25,227 nt of DNA, taken from positions 1 through 25,227 of the forward strand of contig JBAXAI010000049.1 in NCBI GenBank assembly GCA_037142615.1, in the 5' to 3' direction. The notes beneath the pieces are model-generated. The model did no database searches and was not told the DNA's origin. It saw only the letters and a program-made list of their open reading frames with translations. Shown one piece after another: positions 15,648 to 24,212 of the stretch; the first letter of the stretch is position 1, and each line of letters begins with the position of its first letter. The position numbers and the translations under genes were made by a program. Source of the DNA: Spirochaetales bacterium. GTDB lineage: Bacteria; Spirochaetota; Spirochaetia; JABEVK01.

Positions 15648-16751
15648 GATTCTGCTGCGCCGCATCTTGGCGGGGATCCAGCCTTCGCTGGCCAAAAACT
15701 CGGCCGTCAGCACGGCCCCCCCGGCCGCTCCCCGCACCGTATTGTGGCTCAGGCCCACAAACTTCCAGTCGAACAGGTTGTCGGGACGCAGCCTCCCGAC
15801 GCTGATGGCCATGCCATTGCCAAGATCACGGTCAAGCCGTGTCTGGGGCCGGTTGTCTTCTTCCTTGACGTGGACGAAGGGCACCGGGGCGCTGGGCAAC
15901 CTGGACGCTTGCGGAGCCCCCGAAAGCTTCGACCAGCGTTCCAAAATCTGCTCGCGGGTGGGTTTGCGCTCAAAATTGACGCTCACTGCGGCGAGATGAC
16001 CGTCGCTGGCCGCCACCCGGATGCACTGAGCGCCGATTTTGGGGCTTGAGGCCGGCTCGATGCGACCGTTTTTCACGGTCCCCCAGATTTTCAGCGGCTC
16101 GGTCTCGCTCTTTTCGTCTTCGCCGCCGATGTGGGGAATCACGTTGTCGACCATTTCGGGCCAGCTTGCGAAAGTTTTGCCGGCGCCGCTGATGGCCTGG
16201 TAGGTACACACGCTGACTTCCTTGACGCCGAACTCGCGCAGCGCGTGCAACAACGGCACGTAGCTCTGGATGGAACAGTTGGGCTTGGCCGTGACAAAGC
16301 CCACCTTGGTGCCTAAACGCTTGCGCTGGTCGGTGATCACCTGGGCGTGTTCGGGGTTCAGTTCGGGGATGATCATCGGCACGTCGGGGGTCCAGCGGTG
16401 GGCCGAGTTGTTCGACACCACGGGAACCTCGGCCTTGGCGTAGGCGTCTTCCAGCGCGAGAATCTCGTCTTTCTTCATGTCGACGGCGCAGAACACAAAA
16501 TCGACTTGGGCCGCGATCTCGGACACCTGGCTGGCGTCGAGCACCGTCATCGAGGCGTACTTGGTGGGGAGCGGAGCGCTGAGCGCCCAGCGGCCGTTCA
16601 CCGCCTGGGCGTAAGTCTTCCCGGCCGACGATGCGCTTGCGGCCAACACGGTCACGGTGAACCACGGGTGATGCTCAAGCAGGGTCAAAAAGCGCTGGCC
16701 AACCATACCGGTGGCGCCAAGAATGCCGACTTTGAGGCGGGGCGTTGCCAT
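15645..16751 (-). CDS. asd: Aspartate-semialdehyde dehydrogenase (archaeal/eukaryal-like subtype)
   Basis: ATG at 16751 with GGAG 6 nt upstream. Motifs VGILGATGMVGQRF, KPNCS (catalytic Cys), YQAISGAG, SHNTVRGAAGGAVL. Confidence 0.95.
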   Translation of the reverse strand: MATPRLKVGILGATGMVGQRFLTLLEHHPWFTVTVLAASASSAGKTYAQAVNGRWALSAPLPTKYASMTVLDASQVSEIAAQVDFVFCAVDMKKDEILALEDAYAKAEVPVVSNNSAHRWTPDVPMIIPELNPEHAQVITDQRKRLGTKVGFVTAKPNCSIQSYVPLLHALREFGVKEVSVCTYQAISGAGKTFASWPEMVDNVIPHIGGEDEKSETEPLKIWGTVKNGRIEPASSPKIGAQCIRVAASDGHLAAVSVNFERKPTREQILERWSKLSGAPQASRLPSAPVPFVHVKEEDNRPQTRLDRDLGNGMAISVGRLRPDNLFDWKFVGLSHNTVRGAAGGAVLTAEFLASEGWIPAKMRRSRI

Positions 16752-16804
16752 GGGAAACTCCAAAATGAGGTTTGCGCTATTGTAGCGATAAGGAAGTTCG
16801 CGGG

Positions 16805-18184
16805 CTAGGTCTCGCCGCCGCCGAACTCCTCGACGAGGCCATAGTCGTGAAGCTTACGGTGGAGGGTTTTTCGGCCGATGCCCAGCACCTCAGCGCTGCG
16901 GCTCTTGTTGCCTTTGTAGTGGATGAGGGTCTGCCGGATGATCTCGCGCTCGGCCTGGTCCATGGTGATGCCGATGTCGAGCTTGATGATGTTGCCATCC
17001 TCGGCGCTGCGGACCTGCGGGGGAAGGTCCTCGAGGGTGACGATCGTGCCCTTGCTCAGCACCACGGCACTTTCGATGCAGTTGCGCAGCTCACGCACGT
17101 TGCCGGGCCAACTGTAGTTGGACAGAGCGATGCGGGCCTTGGTGTCGATGCCCTCGATGGTCCGGTTGTTCTCGGCCGCCAGCTCGCTCAAAAAGGTCGC
17201 CGTCAGCAGGGGGATGTCGTCCTTGCGCTCGCGCAGCGGTGGAATGTGAATGTTGACGATGTTGAGGCGGTAGTACAGGTCCTCGCGGAAGCGACCCGCT
17301 GCAATTTCCTTTTTCAGGTCGCGGTTGGTCGCGGCGATGACTCGGACGTCGACGTCGAGCGGTTTTTCGCCGCCGACGCGCTCAAAGGAGCGCTCCTGAA
17401 GCACGCGCAACAACTTGACCTGCACGGAAGGGTTGATCTCGCCGATTTCGTCCAAGAAGATGGTGCCGGTGTGCGCCAGCTCGAAACGGCCCTTTTTTTG
17501 GCCCACGGCCCCCGTGAAGCTGCCCTTCTCGTGGCCGAAGAGTTCGCTTTCGAGCAGGGTTTCGCTGAGGGCAGCGCAATGGGTCTTGATGAACGGCCCG
17601 CCCCGGCGGTCGCTGAGGTTGTGAATGGCATCGGCCACCAATTCCTTGCCCACCCCGCTCTCTCCGGTGATCAGCACGCTGGCACGGGTGGCCGCAACCT
17701 GGCTGATGAGCTCATACACCCGCTGCATGGGAGCCGACTTGCCGATGAGCTGCGCGAACTTGCGCTTCTTTTCAAGCTTTTCGACTTCTTCCTTGAGCGC
17801 CTGATGCTCAAGAACCAACACCCGGCTTTCAAGAGCACGTTTGACCAGCATGGACAGCCGGTCCAGATGCACGGGCTTGGTGAGGAAGTCGTAGGCGCCA
17901 TGGCGCATGGCCACGACGGCGTTTTCCACCGTGCCATGCCCCGTGAGCACGATCACCGGCAGGTTGGGCTGCGTACCCGCGATGTGCTTGAGCAGCTCTT
18001 CTCCCCCAACTCTGGGCATCTTGAGGTCGGTGAGCACCAAGTCGACCCGCCGTTTGGCCAACACCTCCTGCGCGTACTTGCCGTCCTCGGCCGTGAGCAC
18101 CTCGTAGCCGTCGAGCTCGAGCGCACGCGACAGCCCGTCGCGGATGTTCTTTTCGTCATCGACAACCAAAATGCAGAGCTTCAT
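16805..18184 (-). CDS. Sigma54-dependent response regulator (NtrC family, Rrp2-like)
   Basis: Receiver (ILVVDDE, TDLKMP, KP), AAA+ domain (GESGVGKE, ESELFGHEKGSFTGA, FLDEIGE, FREDLYYRL, WPGNVREL) and Fis-type HTH (SAEVLGIGRKTLHRKL). Confidence 0.95.
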   Translation of the reverse strand: MKLCILVVDDEKNIRDGLSRALELDGYEVLTAEDGKYAQEVLAKRRVDLVLTDLKMPRVGGEELLKHIAGTQPNLPVIVLTGHGTVENAVVAMRHGAYDFLTKPVHLDRLSMLVKRALESRVLVLEHQALKEEVEKLEKKRKFAQLIGKSAPMQRVYELISQVAATRASVLITGESGVGKELVADAIHNLSDRRGGPFIKTHCAALSETLLESELFGHEKGSFTGAVGQKKGRFELAHTGTIFLDEIGEINPSVQVKLLRVLQERSFERVGGEKPLDVDVRVIAATNRDLKKEIAAGRFREDLYYRLNIVNIHIPPLRERKDDIPLLTATFLSELAAENNRTIEGIDTKARIALSNYSWPGNVRELRNCIESAVVLSKGTIVTLEDLPPQVRSAEDGNIIKLDIGITMDQAEREIIRQTLIHYKGNKSRSAEVLGIGRKTLHRKLHDYGLVEEFGGGET

Positions 18185-19353
18185 GAAGCGTCTCCCTGAA
18201 ACGACAGCAGTGCGGGGGTTTTGTGCGGGTACGGAAACCCGATGGTGATGGTGGTACCGTGCTCAGGCTTGGAAGTCACCTGGATCTCGGCGCCGTGTTC
18301 CTTCACAATCTTGTAGACCAGGGTCAGCCCAAGCCCCGAACCGAAGTCTTTGGTGGTGAAATAGGGTTCGAAGATCTTCTGCAGCAAGTCATCGGGGATG
18401 CCCGAGCCGGAATCGGTCAGGCGGAACTGAAGCCCCTCGGACAGGCGCTTGGTAGCCAGCACCAGATGGCCCCCGTCGGGCATCGCCTGCATCGAGTTCT
18501 TGACCAGGTTGAGCAGCGCCTGCTTCAGAAACCGCTCGTCGAGAAGAACGCCGTCGTCACCGGCGGTCAACTCAAGCGTGGTGGTGATGTGGTTTTGGGC
18601 CAACTCGGGCTCCAAGAACTCGGCCATTTCGGCGACCACCCGGTTCAAGCTGCCCAGAATCAGCGTGGTGTCCATGGGCCGGACGGCGAACAGAAAATCG
18701 ACGACAATGCCGTTCAAACGGCTGATCTCTTCGTTGATCACTTCGAGATCGTGACCCAGTGTGTCGGTGGTGAGGGGCTTACCGCTGGCCAGCGTGCGCT
18801 GCAGCAGCTGAATGTGGATGCCCATCGAGGCCAGAGGGTTCTTGATTTCGTGAGCGACGCCGGCCGCCAGGGTAGTCAGGCCGGCGAGGCTTTCGGCCCG
18901 GCGAAGCTGGCTCTCCTTGTTCTTTCGGTCCGACACATCCTGCACCAGCAACATGCTTCCGTGGATGCGACCCGCCTGAACCAGCGGCATCAAGCTGAAA
19001 TTGAGGATGACAGGACCCGCGTTGGCATCGAGCACAAACTCTCGGGTGAGCGAAGTCTCCTGATTCTCGAGGGCGTGCCTCAGGAAGGTCGCCACGTCTT
19101 GGTCGTGCAACTGGGTCCAAACGGGTTTGTCGGAACCTTCGAACCCCTTTTGAAAAGGGACCAAACGCTCAGAGGCTTTGTTGTGAAAAATGACTTTATG
19201 CTCGGGGTCGAGGACGACGAAACCCGTCGGGAGCGAATGGAGCGAAGCCTCGTAGAGTTCGTGCTCGGCGACCACCGAGGCCAGAAGCGAAGCCAGTTGG
19301 CCTTTTTCCAGGCGGGGAGCCAGCTCCATCGCCTTCTTGACAAAGCGGCTCAT
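18181..19353 (-). CDS. Cytoplasmic PAS-domain histidine kinase (NtrB family, Hk2-like)
   Basis: No TM segment. PAS-like region, H-box AHEIKNPL, N-box LLNLVKNS, DSGSGI, IFEPYFTTK, GSGLGL. ATGA overlap with the regulator. Confidence 0.93.
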   Translation of the reverse strand: MSRFVKKAMELAPRLEKGQLASLLASVVAEHELYEASLHSLPTGFVVLDPEHKVIFHNKASERLVPFQKGFEGSDKPVWTQLHDQDVATFLRHALENQETSLTREFVLDANAGPVILNFSLMPLVQAGRIHGSMLLVQDVSDRKNKESQLRRAESLAGLTTLAAGVAHEIKNPLASMGIHIQLLQRTLASGKPLTTDTLGHDLEVINEEISRLNGIVVDFLFAVRPMDTTLILGSLNRVVAEMAEFLEPELAQNHITTTLELTAGDDGVLLDERFLKQALLNLVKNSMQAMPDGGHLVLATKRLSEGLQFRLTDSGSGIPDDLLQKIFEPYFTTKDFGSGLGLTLVYKIVKEHGAEIQVTSKPEHGTTITIGFPYPHKTPALLSFQGDAS

Positions 19354-20531
19354 GGCGCCAGCCCGGCGGCTCTGGCCCGGTAAAACAGCGTTTCGATCAG
19401 CAAGGCCGGCCCCAGATTGTAGGTTTCGCGGCGGCCCAGTACATCGGTGAGCAGTTCAAAGAAACGCTCTTGCGACGCGAGTTGTGCGGCGTTTGCGCTA
19501 TTCAACTGGGACTGCAACCGGTGCGCGAGCGCCTCGAGAAACAGTCGGAAATTGTCTTCTTCGCTCCAAAACTTGCCCTGGCCGTCGAGGGGAAACACCG
19601 GCTGCGACAGCCCGTTCAGAAACGTGGCCGCCAACTCATCGTACAGGCCCTTTTTTTGGGTTTCGAAGGCCTGAAAGTAGTCGGCCAACCCGCCGTAGGC
19701 GCCTTCGGTGCTGTGAAAAAGCGAGGCAAGGATTTTCTGTTCCTGTTCGGGTGACCTCTCGGCAAACCCGAACGCGCGCAGGCGCGACAACAAGGTCGGA
19801 AGGATCGCCCCCTTCTGGCTGGTCAACAGAAAAAACCACGTGTGAGCCGGGGGTTCTTCCAGGATTTTGAGCAGAGCGTTGCGCGAGGACTCCTGCATAC
19901 GGTCGGCATTCTCGAGCAAGATGAACTTGGGGGCGCCGCTGGTAGTGGTTCGGGCCCAAGCCGAGGCCTTGCGGATCTGGTGGATCGGTATGCCTGTATT
20001 GGGAAGCGCGTCGGCCAGCGTGCTCGACGAGGCGACAATGCGCTCCAGAAGCGCGGTCAGTTCCTTCCCTTCGACCAGTTTTTGCGCCGGGTACAGCGCC
20101 TCGAGGTCCTCCTGAAGGCTGGCCAGCGGTCCAGAGGTTCCCTTGAGCTTGGCTTCCTCGCCCTCCCAGAGCGTGGGGTCAAAGCGCTTGAGCAGCTTCT
20201 TGACGCTGCGAAGCAGGAAGAAGCGCCTCGGGTCGGTGTGATGGCGTTCCAGCAACCCCGCCCCGGCTTCGATTTCTGACATCAGGTTCTTTTGGCCAAG
20301 AATCATCAGCCATGGGTAGTCGAGGGTCCGGTGTCCGCGGCAATGCTCGCAAGCGCAGGCCCAATCGCCTTTTGCGAGGCAGCTCAGGGCGCGGCAGGTT
20401 TCGAGGGCGGTGGTGAGTTTGGCGCTGTAGTGCGGCCCATGAAAGAGCAGGCTCGACGGCAGGGTCTTTTGGCGCACTTCACGGCTGAGTTGTTCGACAA
20501 CGCGCCCCTGGAACAAGATGTTGTCAAACAT
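19350..20531 (-). CDS. holB: DNA polymerase III delta-prime-like clamp-loader subunit
   Basis: FDNILFQ, degenerate Walker A LLFHGPHYSAK, Zn motif C...CACEHC, ENADRM, NALLKILEEPP, ILPTLLSR. Confidence 0.78.
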   Translation of the reverse strand: MFDNILFQGRVVEQLSREVRQKTLPSSLLFHGPHYSAKLTTALETCRALSCLAKGDWACACEHCRGHRTLDYPWLMILGQKNLMSEIEAGAGLLERHHTDPRRFFLLRSVKKLLKRFDPTLWEGEEAKLKGTSGPLASLQEDLEALYPAQKLVEGKELTALLERIVASSSTLADALPNTGIPIHQIRKASAWARTTTSGAPKFILLENADRMQESSRNALLKILEEPPAHTWFFLLTSQKGAILPTLLSRLRAFGFAERSPEQEQKILASLFHSTEGAYGGLADYFQAFETQKKGLYDELAATFLNGLSQPVFPLDGQGKFWSEEDNFRLFLEALAHRLQSQLNSANAAQLASQERFFELLTDVLGRRETYNLGPALLIETLFYRARAAGLAP

Positions 20532-21609
20532 GGAGGCTCCCTGAGGCGCCTAAGGCCTCGACAATCAACGTGGCCGCTTCCCGGGCCCCAAAAGCCTTCA
20601 ACGCCCGCTGCATTTGCCCACGTCGCGCGGGCTCCAGGGCGGCAAAAACGGCGTGGGCCAAGTCTTCTGCGGTTGCCTCGGCCGCAAGCACCACGGCCGC
20701 GCCGCAGGCCGCGAAGTGCTCGGCATTGCGCACCTGGTCGCCTCGTGAACCCTCAGCGAGAGGAAGAAGGATAAGGGGAACCAAGCAGGCCGCAGCCTCC
20801 CACAGAGTGCCAGCCCCGGAACGGCCAAACACCAGCGACGCCCCCTGCATCAAGGCAGGCATCTCGGTGCGGAAGAACGGCCTCGAAGCGTACCACGGCG
20901 TGTCGGGAAGCGGTTGCCAGTTTTCACCCGTTTGATGGATCACGTACACGCGACCCTCCAGAAGCGGCAAAACCTTTTGCACCAGCGAGTTGACCTGCAG
21001 GGCCCCCTGACTGCCCCCCAGGACGACCAGCACGGGTACACCCGCAGGGACCGCGAACAACTGGGAAAGCCCAGGCTCGGCCGTGGCGAAAAACTCGGCG
21101 CGAACAGGGTTGCCCGAAACGACCACGCGGTCGCGGAGTCCAGCGGAAAACGACTGCCGGGTTTTCTCGTAGGCCACGAAGATCAGCCTGCTGGCACTCT
21201 GATTGAGGCGGGTTGCCAGGCCGGGGTCGAGGTCGCTTTCGTGCGAGTACACGGGGAGGTGCAGCCCTTTAGCCGCCCAGACGGCGGGCACGCTGACAAA
21301 ACCACCCTTGGAAAAAACAAACGCCGGCTGCAGTTCCTTGAGCACCTTCCGCGAGGCAAAATATCCCGCCGCGATGCGAACCAGGTCGGTGACATTCTTC
21401 CAGCTGAGGTAGCGCCTCAACTTGCCAGTGGGTACCGCTCGGTACTCCCAGCCCAGCGCCTCGACAAAGCGGCGTTCGATGCCATCCTTGGAGCCGATCC
21501 AGACCAGACGCGCGGGCGCGCGCTGAACCAAGGCTACGGCGACGGCGATACCGGGTGCCACGTGACCTACAGTCCCTCCGCCGGTGAAGACGACAACTTG
21601 CACAAGCAC
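20524..21609 (-). CDS. murG: Lipid II N-acetylglucosaminyltransferase
   Basis: Motifs FTGGGTVGH, GKLRRY, FSKGGFVSVP, HESD, GNPVR, LGGSQGA, RSGAGT, DQVRNA. Start is GTG at 21609 or 21603. Confidence 0.95.
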   Translation of the reverse strand: MLVQVVVFTGGGTVGHVAPGIAVAVALVQRAPARLVWIGSKDGIERRFVEALGWEYRAVPTGKLRRYLSWKNVTDLVRIAAGYFASRKVLKELQPAFVFSKGGFVSVPAVWAAKGLHLPVYSHESDLDPGLATRLNQSASRLIFVAYEKTRQSFSAGLRDRVVVSGNPVRAEFFATAEPGLSQLFAVPAGVPVLVVLGGSQGALQVNSLVQKVLPLLEGRVYVIHQTGENWQPLPDTPWYASRPFFRTEMPALMQGASLVFGRSGAGTLWEAAACLVPLILLPLAEGSRGDQVRNAEHFAACGAAVVLAAEATAEDLAHAVFAALEPARRGQMQRALKAFGAREAATLIVEALGASGSLHV

Positions 21610-21657
21610 CCCCGTTCCAGTAGCGTGATCTTACCATGAAAAAATCCCGATTGGCAA
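21598..21657. promoter_or_regulatory. Overlapping divergent sigma70-type promoters (murG operon / DUF6675 gene)
   Basis: Plus strand TTGCAC(21598)-17 nt-TAGCGT(21621). Minus strand TTGCCA(21657)-18 nt-TAAGAT(21633) with TGn extension. Confidence 0.45.
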
Positions 21658-22454
21658 CGACGGTTCTGGCGCTCGCAGTCATGGGCCCTGTGCTCTTGGC
21701 ACCTGCGACGCTAGCGGCTCTCCCGACGCCCGAGGGGTTGTCTGCGGACCTCTGGGCCGCCTTCCTCCCCGCCAAGGAACGCCAGACCCTGCTCGCAACC
21801 GGAGAGCTGACTGCCATCGGCTCCCGGGCCGAAGACCTCCCTTTTGGAGCCAAGTCACCCTTCGCGAGTGAGCTTTCGGGCCTTACCGTGAAGAGCGCCA
21901 CGGTGGCTGCCGAAGGCCTCTTTCTGTTTCCCCGACCTGCCGGAGACGTGCCGCTGGCGCTCTACAACGCCGTCAACTCGGTCGCCAGCATGGAAGGCCT
22001 GCAGTACTTCTCGGTGACCCGCCAGCGTCGCGAAACCCTCATACTGACCAGCTACCGGGTGGCCTCGAAAGGGCAACCCACACGGCTTGCCGATCCGGTC
22101 TTTACGACGATCCCGCCGGTGCAGAAGGCTGTGGTCTTCCAAAAGGACAACAAACTGGGTGACGGGTTCAGCGAACTCGCGTGGAAGGCCCTCGACGGTG
22201 GCGGCGTGGCGCTGACGTTCCGCAATCTCGACACCCTCAACTACACGATCCTGCCTCTCGTCGACCCGGGCAACCTTCAGATGCTCTTTGTGGTGCAGCC
22301 CTTGGCCGACAAAGTCGCGGTTTACGGCCTGCTGCTGGGTAAAACGGTGAGCCTGTTCGGGCTGGAACGGAGCAAGGACGAGAGCTTCCGCAACCGCATG
22401 AGGGCGCTGGCCGACTGGTTGGGCACCCGAATCGCCGCTCTGAGTTCGCGCTGA
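21636..22454 (+). CDS. Exported spirochaete-type hypothetical protein (DUF6675-like)
   Basis: Signal peptide MKKSRLATTVLALAVM... and segments SMEGLQYFS, QKDNKLG, SFRNRMRALADW. Family recognised from memory only. Confidence 0.6.
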   Translation: MKKSRLATTVLALAVMGPVLLAPATLAALPTPEGLSADLWAAFLPAKERQTLLATGELTAIGSRAEDLPFGAKSPFASELSGLTVKSATVAAEGLFLFPRPAGDVPLALYNAVNSVASMEGLQYFSVTRQRRETLILTSYRVASKGQPTRLADPVFTTIPPVQKAVVFQKDNKLGDGFSELAWKALDGGGVALTFRNLDTLNYTILPLVDPGNLQMLFVVQPLADKVAVYGLLLGKTVSLFGLERSKDESFRNRMRALADWLGTRIAALSSR

Positions 22455-22461
22455 GGCTTAT

Positions 22462-23463
22462 CTACAACCCGAACACGAACTTGAGCAGGTAGTGTACCAG
22501 GGCGGCAATGGTCGCGGCTGCGGGAATCGTGATGATCCAAGCCCACACGATGCGGCGGGCCGTGGTCCACTTCACCTTGGCTGCGTTCTCGACCGCCCCG
22601 ACGCCCATGATGGAGCCGCTGATGACGTGCGTGGTGCTCACGGGAATGCCGAAGATGTTGGCCATCATCAGCGTCGCGCCTGCCGACAAGTTGCTGGCGA
22701 AACCCTCCATGGCCCGGATCTTGGTGATGCTCGTGCCCATCGTCTTGACAATGCGCCAACCGCCAAAAGCTGTTCCCAGCGAAATCGCCAGGTAGCAACT
22801 GAAGATCACCCAGTCGTCGAGCACCAAGGTGGTGTGCACTCCGGCGGCGACGAGGGCCATGGCGATGATGGCCATGGTTTTTTGACTGTCGTTGGCCCCG
22901 TGCGTCACGCTGAAGTAGCCGGCGGCCAACAGTTGAAGGCCCTTGAACAGGGGTTGGGCCTTGCGCGGATGCGTCCGCCGGAACAGCCAGAAAATAACGA
23001 TGGTGATGATCGAGGCACCCAGAAAGCCCAACACGGGGGCCAAGACGATGAAGCCGGCGATTTTGAGTACACCGGGGAGCAAGACCCCGCCAAAGCCGAC
23101 GGCGGCAATCGCCGACCCTACCAAACCGCCGATGAGCGCGTGGCTCGAGCTGGTCGGCAACCCGAGAACCCAGGTGATGAGGTTCCACGTGACGGCGCCG
23201 CTGAGGGCCGCCAGCAAAATGGGAAGCGTCATCTGGCTCAGGTGCACCACGTCGTTGCCGATGGTCTTGGCCACGGTCACCCCGAAAAAGAAGTAGCCCA
23301 GAAAGTTGGCTGCCCCGGCCATGAGAACCGCCTGACCCGGCGTGAGGGTGCGCGAAACCACCACCGTGGCGATGGCGTTGGCGGCGTCGTGAAAGCCGTT
23401 GACGAAGTCGAACAACAGGGCGATGACGACAACGGTGATCAGGAGAACGAGCGTGAGGTCCAT
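22462..23463 (-). CDS. pit: PiT-family inorganic phosphate transporter
   Basis: ATG at 23463. PiT signature motifs NGFHDAANAIAT, GLPTSSSHALIGG, HGANDSQK, PVSTTH. Confidence 0.94.
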   Translation of the reverse strand: MDLTLVLLITVVVIALLFDFVNGFHDAANAIATVVVSRTLTPGQAVLMAGAANFLGYFFFGVTVAKTIGNDVVHLSQMTLPILLAALSGAVTWNLITWVLGLPTSSSHALIGGLVGSAIAAVGFGGVLLPGVLKIAGFIVLAPVLGFLGASIITIVIFWLFRRTHPRKAQPLFKGLQLLAAGYFSVTHGANDSQKTMAIIAMALVAAGVHTTLVLDDWVIFSCYLAISLGTAFGGWRIVKTMGTSITKIRAMEGFASNLSAGATLMMANIFGIPVSTTHVISGSIMGVGAVENAAKVKWTTARRIVWAWIITIPAAATIAALVHYLLKFVFGL

Positions 23464-23465
23464 GC

Positions 23466-24110
23466 TCAGCCCTGCTTGACGACGATGCCGCGGATGCTTT
23501 TCGCCACCGTGTTGATCGAATCCACCACCATTTCCAGGTGCTCGTAGAGTTCCTTCAGCTTGAGGACCTTGATCGGGTTGTCTTCCTTGGCAAACAGGTC
23601 GGCCATGCACTCGTAGAACAGGTCGTCGGCCTGGACTTCGATCTGGTGGATCTTTTCGATCGACGCGAAGGTGACCTTCTTGTCTTGCACCAGCTTGAGC
23701 AGCACCTGGATTTCCTGCGACGCCTCGACGATGAGTTCAGCAAAGCGGAACACCCGGCTGGAAGCCTTCTTGATGTGATAGGTACCAATCTTGCGGGCCA
23801 CGCCGTCAATGCCGTCAATCGCGGTGTCAATTTGCGTGGTCAACGAGTGGATGTCTTCGCGGTCGAGCGGCGTGATGAAGGTCTTGTTCAATTCGTCGAT
23901 GATGGTGGTCTCGACTTTGTCGGCCTGATTCTCCAGGTCGCGGATCAGCAGCAGTCGCTTTCGGATCTCGTCTTCTGACAGGTCCTCCAACTGGCCGAGG
24001 AAACTCTTGAAGGTCAGGCTGGCGTCGGTCAGCAACTGGGCCTGTTGGTCCAGCAGAGTGAAAAATTTAGCTTCCTTGGGAAGAAGCAGGTCGAGCAGAT
24101 TGAATCCCAT
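23466..24110 (-). CDS. DUF47 / PhoU-like Pit accessory protein
   Basis: ATG at 24110 with GAGGTG 6 nt upstream. Motifs LENQAD, FITPLDREDI, IEVQAD, KELYEHLE. Directly upstream of pit. Confidence 0.9.
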   Translation of the reverse strand: MGFNLLDLLLPKEAKFFTLLDQQAQLLTDASLTFKSFLGQLEDLSEDEIRKRLLLIRDLENQADKVETTIIDELNKTFITPLDREDIHSLTTQIDTAIDGIDGVARKIGTYHIKKASSRVFRFAELIVEASQEIQVLLKLVQDKKVTFASIEKIHQIEVQADDLFYECMADLFAKEDNPIKVLKLKELYEHLEMVVDSINTVAKSIRGIVVKQG

Positions 24111-24132
24111 GGACGGCACCTCGTCGGGGAGT

Positions 24133-24171
24133 CTAACACGATTCTAACAATCTTTGAACAATTGACTCACG
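24133..24171 (+). promoter_or_regulatory. Pho-box-like direct repeats with 11-bp period
   Basis: CTAACA (24133), CTAACA (24144), TGAACA (24155) and degenerate CTCACG (24166), upstream of a candidate -10 CATAGT (24174) and the pstS RBS GAGGAGG. Confidence 0.7.
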
Positions 24172-24212
24172 AGCATAGTGGAGATTAGTGCCATCCACTG
24201 AGGAGGATCTCC

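Noticed and set aside
16775-16787. Palindrome CGCTA-TTG-TAGCG over a candidate asd -10 (TACAAT) as an operator
   Set aside because: Only 5-bp arms, a single instance and a weak -35, so it could easily be chance.
16772-19383. Long plus-strand ORFs (475 aa and 386 aa) opposite the two-component genes, and similar antisense ORFs at 302-1315, 2874-3989, 5652-6632 and 22492-23547
   Set aside because: They are antisense shadows of well-supported genes in GC-rich DNA, with no recognisable motifs or RBS.
19350-20531. Degenerate Walker A in the clamp-loader-like gene as a sign of pseudogenisation
   Set aside because: Delta-prime subunits normally lack a functional ATPase site, and the ORF is intact and coupled to both neighbours.
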